DNA of 32,000 nt from positions 420,001 to 452,000 of the forward strand of contig NZ_CP124549.1 in the NCBI RefSeq assembly GCF_030253515.1, in the 5' to 3' direction. Positions within the stretch are counted from its first letter, which is position 1. Each line of letters begins with the position of its first letter. This document shows positions 1 to 8,313 of this stretch, piece after piece. The position numbers were made by a program, and so were the translations under genes. The stretch comes from Candidatus Nanosynbacter lyticus. Lineage in GTDB: Bacteria > Patescibacteriota > Saccharimonadia > Saccharimonadales > Saccharimonadaceae. A model generated the notes under the pieces. The model had not been told where the DNA came from. It ran no database searches and worked only from the letters and a program-made list of their open reading frames with translations.

Positions 1-79
1 AATTAATAGCATTCTCTAAGCTATTTATATATTCTATGTTTTCCTTTATATTCTTTGCACTTTCTCTTTCTATAGTCAT
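1..79 (-). CDS. N-terminal fragment of an AT-rich ORF that runs off the left edge (MTIERESAKNIKENIEYINSLENAIN...)
   Basis: ATG at 79..77 (minus) is preceded by AAGGAA 8 nt upstream. The frame stays open to position 1. Only 26 codons are visible. GC is about 24%, against about 50% for the rest of the window. Confidence 0.3.
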   Translation of the reverse strand, partial: MTIERESAKNIKENIEYINSLENAIN

Positions 80-371
80 ATCATTTCATTCCTTATATCC
101 ATAATATAGTGTTTACTCAAGCGTCATACCGCTTCGTATTCATCATTGTAACAGAATAGCAAGCAACCGGTCGGTCAGGCACTAAGCATCAACCCTACTG
201 ACTAACCGCAAATTATTTTGATAGTTTACTTACCTATAGACATGTATCCTGAGACCATCGTAAGTATGCTAACATATGCTTATGATCTCAAAATGCCTCA
301 TCGCAAAAATAAGCTTTGTCGTCTTTTCCGCATCCACGGTGCTACTATATATTTTGGCGCGCAATGGAACG

Positions 372-821
372 ATGACTGCGGTTTTTGGGCCGATGCTAGC
401 TTATGTTGTATATCTACTCAATTTTGCGCTGCTCATCGCGTCCACACTTTTCTACATCTGGCAGCGCGCTCACAAAGACACGCCGCAGAAGGATCGCTTG
501 GAGGCGCTCGAGACATATGCGCGACTAGATAATGACGGCCTATTGACCAGTGGCGCGGTAACTATTATCGAGATCGAGGCGGACAGTTTTTGGCGGCTCA
601 AGGAATATGGCGAGACGATTACTGTGCCTATCAACGCCATGAATCCGCTGCGCCTGCCACCGGTGGGCACGCGGGCAACATTCGCGCCGATTGGTAATAA
701 GGATAATCGAGCCATCGGCGTGATTACCGAGATAACGAACGGAAGGATGACGGTCGCACCGGCACCGACAACCAAGCCCAGTAGGCCGCAACTCACCACC
801 AAAACCACGACGTCCAATTGA
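372..821 (+). CDS. Hypothetical membrane-anchored protein (N-terminal TM helix plus soluble domain)
   Basis: This is the ORF 276..821. The likely start is ATG 372 (MTAVFGPMLAYVVYLLNFALLIASTLFYIW...), with TGcTACTAT about 22 nt upstream. Codon usage resembles neighbouring genes. The 3' end overlaps the convergent gene by 29 nt. I recognise no family. Confidence 0.5.
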   Translation: MTAVFGPMLAYVVYLLNFALLIASTLFYIWQRAHKDTPQKDRLEALETYARLDNDGLLTSGAVTIIEIEADSFWRLKEYGETITVPINAMNPLRLPPVGTRATFAPIGNKDNRAIGVITEITNGRMTVAPAPTTKPSRPQLTTKTTTSN

Positions 822-1341
822 GCGGTATCAGCATGAGCAAGGACGCTATCGCTAGCGTGATGTACGCCCCCAGTGCCGGCCGCGTCAGCTGCGGCGCATC
901 ATAATGATACACCCGCCGCAGCTCATAATAATCCCACAAACGCCACGCACAAATCGTTAATAAAACGGCAGAAATGAGCGACAGCATCCCACTAAGCTCA
1001 AAATGATATGTTTGATTACTAAAGTTAACAACAAACATGAACTCCGCCGCCGCCAAACACGACCACCACCGCTCATCCCGTTTCAATCCCATTACCGCTA
1101 TACAAAATCCCAACGGAATGATCAATCGCACCACCGGTGTGTAGTCAAAAAACAGCTGTGTGTAATATTCAATCGGATATTTATTATTGCCTGCGGCCGC
1201 CACCAGCGTACCTACGCCATAAAACACCGTCAATAACACGACGCCAAACACAAACAGCCGCAATATATCGTTATACAACACGTCTCGCAGTGTGATGACG
1301 TCGGTTTTAGAGGTAGCGGGAAGCTTCAGAAACGGAATCAT
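793..1341 (-). CDS. Hypothetical multi-pass membrane protein (about 5 predicted TM helices, Trp-rich C-terminus)
   Basis: 182-aa ORF with repeated hydrophobic stretches (LRLFVFGVVLLTVFYGVGTLVAAAG, VVRLIIPLGFCIAVMGL, LSGMLSLISAVLLTICAW, LGAYITLAIASLLMLIPL). I recognise no family. Confidence 0.65.
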   Translation of the reverse strand: MIPFLKLPATSKTDVITLRDVLYNDILRLFVFGVVLLTVFYGVGTLVAAAGNNKYPIEYYTQLFFDYTPVVRLIIPLGFCIAVMGLKRDERWWSCLAAAEFMFVVNFSNQTYHFELSGMLSLISAVLLTICAWRLWDYYELRRVYHYDAPQLTRPALGAYITLAIASLLMLIPLNWTSWFWW

Positions 1342-1447
1342 TTTTAGCTACCGTTAGTCCGTGAACACGTCCTTATGATTTTTCATAAGGATATCGTAGT
1401 TTGCGAGGAGGGTATGTGTCAAGGCAACGGAGCGTTTAGCCGAGAGA

Positions 1448-2056
1448 CTACTTCTCTTTCACCTCGCACCAGCCGTTGTTACTGTTAGGGTAGCAGGTGA
1501 TATCAAGATCCTTGCCGGTAAATTTTGTAAAGCCAGAATAGCTTGCTGTACCCCAATCCTTCTTCGTTCCACCACAGCCGACAGAGAATTTAATCTTGTC
1601 GCCTATGACAACAGGTAGATTTTTAATATCAACGACTGACCGGTTGCTAGTTGGAGTAGTTTTCACCCAATCAGATTTTAGTGTTTCCTCATTCGCTCGT
1701 TCTACCCACGCACCGACAAACTCCTCGTCGTTGGCGCAGGTAAATTGCCCGTCAATAGTAACGATGTCCCCCTCTTTAGGTGTAGTCTTTGTCGGACGCG
1801 AGGTTGGTTCTGACGGGGACGGCGTCACGGTTTCAGTGACGCGTACGGTTTGCGTCGCCCGTGGCGTCTCGGTCGTTTGCGGATGCCTGTTCGTCGTGGT
1901 CACGGTAACAGTCGCTGGGGCTGGCTTGGCGTCCAATCCTGACAGACCGCAACCAGAGGCAAACAACGCCACTACGCCCATAAAGCTAGCTAGCGGTCGG
2001 CGCAAAACGTTACCAATTTTTCCGCTGATAGTGGATTCTGGGGATTTATGAGTCAT
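1448..2056 (-). CDS. Putative secreted lipoprotein with a Thr/Pro-rich linker and a 4-Cys C-terminal domain
   Basis: The N-terminus ...RRPLASFMGVVALFASGC(36)G looks like a signal peptide with a lipobox-like ASGC. A T/P/V-rich linker follows, then a globular part with 4 Cys. The start overlaps the upstream gene's stop by 11 nt (ATGACTCATAA), and AAAGGAA is a plausible SD. Confidence 0.75.
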   Translation of the reverse strand: MTHKSPESTISGKIGNVLRRPLASFMGVVALFASGCGLSGLDAKPAPATVTVTTTNRHPQTTETPRATQTVRVTETVTPSPSEPTSRPTKTTPKEGDIVTIDGQFTCANDEEFVGAWVERANEETLKSDWVKTTPTSNRSVVDIKNLPVVIGDKIKFSVGCGGTKKDWGTASYSGFTKFTGKDLDITCYPNSNNGWCEVKEK

Positions 2057-2543
2057 GGTTATTCCTTTCTTGTGGTTGATTATCTGGATTGTCCAATATT
2101 ATTACGTCGTAAACATGCGCTGCGAGACCGGCCGCAGCAACCTCAACAAGTGTATCTCCGCTATATTGGTGACCCTGTTTATATATATCACGAATCTCCC
2201 GCTCTAACCTTTTTCCGACCCTACGCTCTAGCCTCTTCTGACCGGTATCCCTGGTCTGCTGAAGCTTCAACTGCCCTGCTTTTTGTTTTTGTACTAGCCC
2301 AGCACGTTTTGCAGTTAGTCTATCTATCATCTGGCCAATGCCGTCCATCTCATGAGTAGACTTTAGTCCGCAGTGTATTGTTTTTAGCCTAGCAATACTA
2401 TCGTCAATCTCACATATCTCACGAGCAATATCATCTATCTCCTGCCGTATCATCCTCTCCCTATTCACCTCATCAAGTAATACATCAATTGATGATGAAC
2501 TCTTAGGAGTGTACTCCCCTGTGTCGTATACCTTCTCTGTCAT
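2046..2543 (-). CDS. Hypothetical coiled-coil protein (165 aa)
   Basis: This is the ORF 2046..2585. I prefer ATG 2543 (MTEKVYDTGEY...) because TTGCTA-17-TGgTATAAT lies inside the longer ORF, 9 nt upstream of that ATG. The protein is rich in charged heptad-like segments (IRQEIDDIAREICEIDDSIARLK; KQKAGQLKLQQTRDTGQKRLERRVGKRLEREIRD). Confidence 0.65.
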   Translation of the reverse strand: MTEKVYDTGEYTPKSSSSIDVLLDEVNRERMIRQEIDDIAREICEIDDSIARLKTIHCGLKSTHEMDGIGQMIDRLTAKRAGLVQKQKAGQLKLQQTRDTGQKRLERRVGKRLEREIRDIYKQGHQYSGDTLVEVAAAGLAAHVYDVIILDNPDNQPQERNNHDS

Positions 2544-2552
2544 TATTTTGGC

Positions 2553-2581
2553 ATTATACCATAAAAGTACTTTACTAGCAA
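2553..2581 (-). promoter_or_regulatory. Sigma70-like promoter TTGCTA-17-TATAAT (TG-extended) for the coiled-coil/lipoprotein pair
   Basis: Minus-strand read: ttgcta gtaaagtacttttatgg tataat gccaaaata ATG. Motif reading only. Confidence 0.45.
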
Positions 2582-2662
2582 GCAAAACATTCTCCTAACC
2601 TGGCCTGTTACCACGAGACAATTGGTCTATTCACATCCGAGGCATAAGAGCTGTCCACCGTG

Positions 2663-2671
2663 TGCTATACT
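2663..2671 (+). promoter_or_regulatory. Extended -10 (TGcTATACT), 9 nt upstream of ATG 2681
   Basis: Sequence is gtgcTATACTaatatcatcATG. There is no SD and no good -35. Confidence 0.35.
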
Positions 2672-2680
2672 AATATCATC

Positions 2681-3136
2681 ATGGATAAGGATTCTATTGA
2701 AACGCCGTCAACACCTCAGGGCGCTACACCGCCACAGAGTGAAGTGCCGCAATCTCGAGACGAAGTAACGAAACCACAAGACGGCACCGCAAAGCGACGG
2801 CGCATAGCTCGGCTTGTTGATCGTTTGGCGTGGTGGCAGACGACAGCAATTACCGCCGGTATCTTCGCATTACCGCCAGCGGCTGTTGCTGGTGTGATCG
2901 ATAAGGGAGTGCCGCTTAATGGTTTTTTCGGTATTTATAATGGTTCATCATTTGATACTATTATTTTCATTCTGTGTTTGCTCGCTACACCGTTAAGTCC
3001 TCTGTGTGCATTGATGTTTGCTACATACTTTGCCACGAGGCGAAAAGACTTGGCCACCCTGAAGCGCATGATGCCAGTCGCGCTAATCGCCTGTATATTT
3101 TTAGTTGCCCTGCTGTCTACACTGCTGGGGTCTTAG
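2681..3136 (+). CDS. Hypothetical membrane protein (Pro/Thr-rich N-terminus, about 3 TM helices)
   Basis: This is the ORF 2660..3136. ATG 2681 (MDKDSIETPS...) is preferred over GTG 2660, which lies inside the putative -10. Hydrophobic segments: TTAITAGIFALPPAAVAGVI, IIFILCLLATPLSPLCALMFATYF, VALIACIFLVALLSTLLG. Confidence 0.65.
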   Translation: MDKDSIETPSTPQGATPPQSEVPQSRDEVTKPQDGTAKRRRIARLVDRLAWWQTTAITAGIFALPPAAVAGVIDKGVPLNGFFGIYNGSSFDTIIFILCLLATPLSPLCALMFATYFATRRKDLATLKRMMPVALIACIFLVALLSTLLGS

Positions 3137-3166
3137 CTTGTTGTGCCGATATATTTGATAGACAAC

Positions 3167-3207
3167 TAAAAGCGCCCGGAGATCATTTTCCCCGAGCGCT
3201 TCTCTTT
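3167..3207. terminator. Bidirectional hairpin terminator between the convergent membrane-protein gene (+) and rpsH (-)
   Basis: AAGCGCCCGG-12 nt-CCGAGCGCTT forms a 10-bp stem. One position is C-A in the plus-strand transcript and G-U in the minus-strand transcript. The hairpin is flanked by AAAA upstream and CTCTTTT downstream. Confidence 0.55.
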
Positions 3208-3224
3208 TGCTAGTAGTGTCAGAT

Positions 3225-3626
3225 TTAGTACACCTTCAGCAACAACTCACCGCCAAGTTTAGCCTTGGCTGCTTCGGCGCCAGTCATGACGCCTTTTGAA
3301 GTTGAGATGAGTACTAGACCGCGGCCGCTTTTCACCTTTGGAATTTCGCTAGCGCCGACGTAGACACGACGACCTGGCTTTGATACGCGGGTGATCTCAT
3401 TGATAGTGCTGTTAGTACCTTCTTCGTTGATGGTCACCACCAGCACACCGCGAGGCTTGGCGCCCTCTAGTTTAACATCTGCAAGGTAGCCGTTTTTGAC
3501 TAATTGCTCAGCGATGACTTTTTTCATCTTGCTGGACGGAACACGAACTTCCGTCTTGCCAACCAGTTTCGCATTGCGAATGCGCGTCAGAAGGTCGGCG
3601 ATTGGGTCTGTAGTTTGCATAGACAT
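3225..3626 (-). CDS. rpsH: 30S ribosomal protein S8
   Basis: MSMQTTDPIADLLTRIRNA... matches the canonical S8 N-terminus. A GGAGA SD lies 7 nt upstream of ATG 3626. The longer ORF start at 3653 would overlap rpsN. Confidence 0.96.
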   Translation of the reverse strand: MSMQTTDPIADLLTRIRNAKLVGKTEVRVPSSKMKKVIAEQLVKNGYLADVKLEGAKPRGVLVVTINEEGTNSTINEITRVSKPGRRVYVGASEIPKVKSGRGLVLISTSKGVMTGAEAAKAKLGGELLLKVY

Positions 3627-3646
3627 TGTCGAATCTCCTTTCCTTC

Positions 3647-3916
3647 TTACCAACTACTCTTTGTTATGCCTGGGATTTCACCCTTGGCCGCTTTTTCGCG
3701 GAAATTGATGCGGCTCAGGCCGAACTGGCGCATGTAGCCGCGTGGACGGCCGGAAATGCTGTCGCGGTTCTTGTGCCTGGTTGGGCTCGAGTTGCGAGGC
3801 AATTTCTGCAGTCCGTCGAGATCGCCAAGTTCTTTGAGCTCAGCGCGCTTCGCAGCGTATTTTGCGATCATCTTCAGACGCTTTTTGTCGCGAGCGACCA
3901 TTGATTTCTTAGCCAT
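3647..3916 (-). CDS. rpsN: 30S ribosomal protein S14 (long, cysteine-free form, 89 aa)
   Basis: [13 protein letters not shown]...[18 protein letters not shown]...W is typical S14. It has no CxxC motifs and sits between rplE and rpsH. Confidence 0.96.
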   Translation of the reverse strand: MAKKSMVARDKKRLKMIAKYAAKRAELKELGDLDGLQKLPRNSSPTRHKNRDSISGRPRGYMRQFGLSRINFREKAAKGEIPGITKSSW

Positions 3917-4500
3917 TACCTGACGCCTCCTTTCTTCTCAAACGGCATGCCAAATTTCTCTAGCAAGGCTTTTGATGCTTCTTTGTTGCCGTTCTTGATG
4001 ACAAATGTTACCTGCAACCCGTGCAAAATCTGCGTTTCCTCAAACGTCAGTTCCGGGAAAATTGACTGTTCGATGATGCCCAGGTTGTAGTTACCACCCT
4101 TGTCAAATTTCAGGCCAACGCCGTGGAAGTCGCGGACGCGAGGTAGGGCTACGTTAATCAAGCGATCCATGAACTCATACATCCGAGCACCACGTAGGGT
4201 TACGCTAACACCAATTGGCGCACCCATGCCCTTACGGATACTAAAACCAGCGATTGACTTCTTTGCCTGGCGGGCAACTGGCGCCTGACCGGTGATCTTT
4301 GCAACGGTGTTTTTGACAATTTCAAAGTGACGCTTGTCATCTTTCTTTTTGCCGGTGCCAACGCTCACGATGATCTTTTCCAAAGCTGGCACTTGGTGCA
4401 CGTTCTTTAGATCTAGTTCGGCTTGCAGTTCCTTCAGGTATTTCTCCTGGTACAAGGCTTTCAAGCGAGGAGCTGGCACGACGGTTTTCTTCTCTGCCAT
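3916..4500 (-). CDS. rplE: 50S ribosomal protein L5
   Basis: The sequence is L5-like ([11 protein letters not shown]...VSVGTGK...[14 protein letters not shown]), the operon position fits, and the start overlaps the rplX stop by 1 nt. Confidence 0.96.
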   Translation of the reverse strand: MAEKKTVVPAPRLKALYQEKYLKELQAELDLKNVHQVPALEKIIVSVGTGKKKDDKRHFEIVKNTVAKITGQAPVARQAKKSIAGFSIRKGMGAPIGVSVTLRGARMYEFMDRLINVALPRVRDFHGVGLKFDKGGNYNLGIIEQSIFPELTFEETQILHGLQVTFVIKNGNKEASKALLEKFGMPFEKKGGVR

Positions 4501-4820
4501 TATTTAATCTCCTTATTTTTTGCTTGGCGAGCGACGCGAGTTTTGCCGCCGTCAGCGTTCTTTACTAAACCAACCCGGCTGGTTTTGCCTGACTTTTCGT
4601 CAACAACCAGCGCGACTTTGCTGATGTCCATCGGTACGTGGATATCTTTCTTGCCGCCTTTTGGATTGTACTGGCTTGGTTTGACGTGGCGGTGTCCGAC
4701 GCCAACACCTTCGACCAAAACAGTCTGATCTTTGGTGTTAACTTTCAGGACTTTACCAGTCGTACCCTTGTTCTTGCCAGCAATAATTTTTACGGTGTCA
4801 TCTTTGTGAATACGAGCCAT
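4500..4820 (-). CDS. rplX: 50S ribosomal protein L24
   Basis: KOW-type L24 sequence ([27 protein letters not shown]...) in the expected operon position. Confidence 0.95.
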   Translation of the reverse strand: MARIHKDDTVKIIAGKNKGTTGKVLKVNTKDQTVLVEGVGVGHRHVKPSQYNPKGGKKDIHVPMDISKVALVVDEKSGKTSRVGLVKNADGGKTRVARQAKNKEIK

Positions 4821-5188
4821 TAGAGTACCTCCGGAGCCAAGCTGATGATCTTCATGTAGCCCATGTCGCGAAGTTCGCGTGGCACTGGGCCGAAGACACG
4901 GGTAGCCTTTGGCTGCTTGTCATCGTTGATAATCACCACGGCGTTGTCGTCAAAGCAAATGGTTGAGCCGTCTTTGCGGTGGATTTGGTCGCGGGTGCGA
5001 ACTACCACAGCTTTGACGACAGATTTCTTTTTGACGTTGCCGGTTGGGCTGGCGTCCTTGACTGAACAGACGATCACGTCACCAACGCGAGCGTAGCGGC
5101 GGCGGGTACCACCGAGGACGCGGATGCACAATACTTCTTTGGCACCCGAGTTGTCAGCTACTTTGAGACGAGATTCTTGTTGGATCAT
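4820..5188 (-). CDS. rplN: 50S ribosomal protein L14
   Basis: [27 protein letters not shown]... is canonical L14. Confidence 0.97.
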   Translation of the reverse strand: MIQQESRLKVADNSGAKEVLCIRVLGGTRRRYARVGDVIVCSVKDASPTGNVKKKSVVKAVVVRTRDQIHRKDGSTICFDDNAVVIINDDKQPKATRVFGPVPRELRDMGYMKIISLAPEVL

Positions 5189-5496
5189 TTGTCGTCCTCC
5201 TTAGCCTCTTCCTCAGCTTCACCAGAAACTTCAGCCTTTAGTTTAATAGAACCGCGAGACTTTTCAATCACCTTGACCAGCGTAAAGCTCTTGGTCTTGG
5301 AAATTGGGCGGGTCTCTTCGATTTGCACCTTGTCGCCTTCGCCTGCTTGATTGGTCTCATCATGAGCAGTGTACTTGCGAGTCACGGTGTACTGTTTGCC
5401 GTAGAGCGGATGCGTTTCGCGGCTGGTGACCGTCACGGTGATGGTCTTGTCGCGCTTGGCACTCGTTACGACGCCAATCAGTGTTCGTCGGGCCAT
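5185..5496 (-). CDS. rpsQ: 30S ribosomal protein S17 (with acidic C-terminal tail)
   Basis: S17 core ([20 protein letters not shown]...[25 protein letters not shown]) followed by the tail [15 protein letters not shown]. There is a 4-nt ATGA overlap with rplN. Confidence 0.95.
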   Translation of the reverse strand: MARRTLIGVVTSAKRDKTITVTVTSRETHPLYGKQYTVTRKYTAHDETNQAGEGDKVQIEETRPISKTKSFTLVKVIEKSRGSIKLKAEVSGEAEEEAKEDDK

Positions 5497-5702
5497 TACT
5501 TGCTCTCCTTTTCGTTAAGTTGTGTCAGCAGGCGTGCGATATCCTTGCGGAGTGAACACAGCGCTTTTGGATTAACTAATTCGCCAGCAGCGTGAGAACG
5601 TTTTGCTTGAAGCAGGTCATGTCGCTTTTCGGCGACTTCCTTCTTCAAATCATCAATCGTCTTTACAACTGCTGCTTTTGTAGGTTTCTTTGTTTCAGCC
5701 AT
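5496..5702 (-). CDS. rpmC: 50S ribosomal protein L29
   Basis: 68 aa, with an L29-like helical sequence, positioned between rplP and rpsQ. Confidence 0.93.
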   Translation of the reverse strand: MAETKKPTKAAVVKTIDDLKKEVAEKRHDLLQAKRSHAAGELVNPKALCSLRKDIARLLTQLNEKESK

Positions 5703-6115
5703 TATGCGTCCTCCCGTTTGATGAACTTACATTTGACTGGTAGTTTGTGGCTCGCCAGGCGCATTGCTTCGCGGGCTACTTCCTCAGAAACGCCCTGCAT
5801 TTCAAACATCACCGTGCCGGCCTTTACCTTGGCAACAAAGAACTCTGGATTACCTTTACCACCACCCATCTTCAAACCAAGTGGCTTGCGAGTAACTGGG
5901 GTGTGCGGGAAAATCCGGATCCAAATCTTACCGCCACGCTTGATGTAGCGGGTCATTGCCTGACGAGCAGACTCGATTTGGCGGGAGTTGATGCGCTCGT
6001 TTGATTGCGATTGCAGCGCAAAGTCGCCGAACGCGATGTAATTGCCACGGGTTGCTTGACCGCGGTTTTTACCGATGCGCACTTTGCGGTGCTTGGTTTT
6101 CTTTGGTAACAGCAT
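5702..6115 (-). CDS. rplP: 50S ribosomal protein L16
   Basis: [25 protein letters not shown]... is canonical L16. Confidence 0.97.
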   Translation of the reverse strand: MLLPKKTKHRKVRIGKNRGQATRGNYIAFGDFALQSQSNERINSRQIESARQAMTRYIKRGGKIWIRIFPHTPVTRKPLGLKMGGGKGNPEFFVAKVKAGTVMFEMQGVSEEVAREAMRLASHKLPVKCKFIKREDA

Positions 6116-6751
6116 TTAGCGACTCCTTTCTCCCTTATAAATCCACACCTTCACGCCGATGATACCAGCTGGTGTCTGGGCGCGAGCACAGTGGAAGTCA
6201 ATATCAGCACGCAGGGTATGGAGCGGCACTGAGCCCTCAATCACCTTTTCGCGGCGTGCCATTTCAGCACCGTTCAAACGACCAGCCACCTCGATGCGGA
6301 TACCTTTGGCGCCGGCACTCATGGTGTTTTGCGCGGTCATTTTGGTTGCGCGGCGGAAGTTGATGCGGCGCTCTAGCTGCCGAGCGATGTTTTCTGCCAC
6401 TAATTTAGCTGCTAGTTCCGGTCGGCGCACTTCTTCGATGTTGATGCGAACAGGTGACCCGACAATCTTCTCAACTTGCTTTTTCAATTCATTCACGCCA
6501 GCACCGCCACGGCCGATCACCACACCAGCTTTCGCTGTGTGAATAGTTACCGTGATCAAGTTGGCACTCCGCTCAATCTCAATGCGATTGATGGTTGGGC
6601 GTGAGGCAAATTTCTTCTCAATCAATTCGCGGATTTCGTGATCCTGGCGAATTGCCTCCGCAAACTCTTTCTTATTGGCCGTAAACCAACGAGAGCTCCA
6701 GTTCTTGTGAACTTGTAGGCGGAAGTTGATTGGATTCACTTTTTGACCCAT
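6116..6751 (-). CDS. rpsC: 30S ribosomal protein S3
   Basis: MGQKVNPINFRLQVHKNWSSRWF..., followed by KH-domain sequence. Confidence 0.97.
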   Translation of the reverse strand: MGQKVNPINFRLQVHKNWSSRWFTANKKEFAEAIRQDHEIRELIEKKFASRPTINRIEIERSANLITVTIHTAKAGVVIGRGGAGVNELKKQVEKIVGSPVRINIEEVRRPELAAKLVAENIARQLERRINFRRATKMTAQNTMSAGAKGIRIEVAGRLNGAEMARREKVIEGSVPLHTLRADIDFHCARAQTPAGIIGVKVWIYKGERSR

Positions 6752-7198
6752 TTACTTCTCCTCCTTTTTTGCCGTGGTTTCGGCGGCTTTTTTCGCTGCA
6801 GGCTTGGCAGGTTTGGTCTCTGGTTTTTTTGCAGGCGCTTTCTTTGGCTTCTCAGTACCAGTTACTTCAACCAAGATGTTTGACGTCTTTTTCTGGAACG
6901 GCAAGGCACGACCCTTTGACGCTGGCTTAAAGCGGCGTAGACGTGTACCAGTGGTAACGCTCAAGGTGGTAATTACCAAGCTTTTAGCGTCCAAACCGTG
7001 GTTGTTGATGGCGTTTGCCTTGGCACTGTCGATTGCCTTTTTGACCGGCAAAGCAGCGCGTTTTGGCACGTGCTCCAAGATAACCAATGCATCGGCGACG
7101 GTGCGGCCGCGTATCAGCGCAGCTACCAGGCTGACCTTGCGTGGTGTTTGGTCAACACCTTTGGCGTAAGCGCGAACAGTATACGTAGTATCAGCCAT
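6752..7198 (-). CDS. rplV: 50S ribosomal protein L22 (with Lys/Ala/Pro-rich C-terminal tail)
   Basis: L22 core (AYAKGVDQTPRKVSLVAALIRGRTVADALVILEH...) plus a basic tail of about 35 aa (KPKKAPAKKPETKPAKPAAKKAAETTAKKEEK). Confidence 0.95.
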   Translation of the reverse strand: MADTTYTVRAYAKGVDQTPRKVSLVAALIRGRTVADALVILEHVPKRAALPVKKAIDSAKANAINNHGLDAKSLVITTLSVTTGTRLRRFKPASKGRALPFQKKTSNILVEVTGTEKPKKAPAKKPETKPAKPAAKKAAETTAKKEEK

Positions 7199-7200
7199 GA

Positions 7201-7467
7201 TTACTTCTTATCCTTTCCGCCGTGCTTACGGAACTTACGAGTTGGACTAAACTCACCGAGTTTGTGGCCAACCATGTTTTCGGTAATCAGCACAGGCACG
7301 TGCATCTTACCGTTGTAGACAGCAATCGTTCGACCGACCATTTCTGGGGTGATAGTCGAAGCGCGCGCCCACGTTTTGATAACGGTTCGATCGTCAAGGC
7401 TGAGAGCAGCGACTTTTTTCGCAAGCTTCACATCGACGAATGGACCTTTCTTTAATGAACGACTCAT
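7201..7467 (-). CDS. rpsS: 30S ribosomal protein S19
   Basis: [12 protein letters not shown]...[28 protein letters not shown] is canonical S19. Confidence 0.97.
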   Translation of the reverse strand: MSRSLKKGPFVDVKLAKKVAALSLDDRTVIKTWARASTITPEMVGRTIAVYNGKMHVPVLITENMVGHKLGEFSPTRKFRKHGGKDKK

Positions 7468-7473
7468 CGTGAT

Positions 7474-8313
7474 TTACCTCTTCCTCTTCGCGTCGTGACG
7501 CGTGCGTACGATTAATTTATTTGAGCCTTTGCGGCGGCGAGTTCGATAGCCCAGCGTCAACTGACCCCATGGCGTACGTGGTGCTTTACCAGTACCGTGG
7601 CGACCACCGTCACCACCACCATGTGGGTGATCTGCGGCGTTCATGACGACACCGCGAACCGTTGGGCGAATACCCTTGCGGCGGCGGCGACCAGCTGAAC
7701 CGATCTTGACATTCTGGTGCTGGACGTTACCGACTGTACCGATGGCAGCGGTAGCTTCCAGGCGAACTTTGCGAACTTCGCCAGATGGCAATTTGATGGT
7801 TGCGTAATTGCCTTCTTTGGCCATCAACTGAGCTTTGGCACCAGCAGCGCGAACCATTTGCGCACCTTTGCCGGCAGTCAGTTCAATAGCATAAATCATC
7901 GTACCAACAGGGATAGCAGACAGCGGCAGGCGGTTTGAGGCCTCAATTGGCGCTTCCTCACCAGTCTGAATTGTCTTGCCCTTAACCATCGAGGTGTCGG
8001 CCAATACGTAGTGGTACAGATTGTACTGATCTTTCACCCGAGCGATGCGCGCTGAGCGGTTTGGATCGTACTCAATTTCTTCAATCGTCAAAGTCAAGCC
8101 GGCTGGCAAATTGTGGTTCACCAAACGGTAGTGACGACGAACGCCACCACCGCGATGGCGCACGGTGATGCGGCCTTGGTTGTTACGGCCAGCATTTTGC
8201 TTTTTGGCTTTGGTCAGACTTTTGAGCGGTTTCTTTGTCGTGATGTCCGACAAATCCTGACTCGTCATGCCGCGACGAGCAGGAGTGGTTGGATTGTAAG
8301 CTTTCACTGGCAT
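7474..8313 (-). CDS. rplB: 50S ribosomal protein L2
   Basis: 279 aa, with the L2 hallmarks RHRGGG, IEYDPNRSA and VMNAADHPHGGGDG. Confidence 0.97.
   Translation of the reverse strand: MPVKAYNPTTPARRGMTSQDLSDITTKKPLKSLTKAKKQNAGRNNQGRITVRHRGGGVRRHYRLVNHNLPAGLTLTIEEIEYDPNRSARIARVKDQYNLYHYVLADTSMVKGKTIQTGEEAPIEASNRLPLSAIPVGTMIYAIELTAGKGAQMVRAAGAKAQLMAKEGNYATIKLPSGEVRKVRLEATAAIGTVGNVQHQNVKIGSAGRRRRKGIRPTVRGVVMNAADHPHGGGDGGRHGTGKAPRTPWGQLTLGYRTRRRKGSNKLIVRTRHDAKRKR

Noticed and set aside
218-817. Alternative ORFs overlapping the 372..821 gene: 218..532 (+), 470..817 (-) and 540..791 (-).
   Set aside because: Their translations look non-protein-like (Cys/Arg-rich or low complexity) and they overlap a better-behaved frame. 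Even the chosen frame receives only moderate confidence.
1371-1390. A perfect 8-bp hairpin CCTTATGA-tttt-TCATAAGG between the lipoprotein gene and the 5-TM gene.
   Set aside because: It has no adjacent U-tract on either strand, so it is not a convincing intrinsic terminator. It may be a leader hairpin for the downstream gene. The evidence is insufficient to call it.
2544-2585. Longest-ORF starts, which I replaced with internal starts: 2585, 2660, 3653, 27173, 31425 and 31970.
   Set aside because: In each case the upstream extension overlaps a promoter -10 box or the neighbouring gene, lacks an SD, and in the recognisable families (rpsH, clpP, hisS) adds residues absent from the canonical N-terminus.
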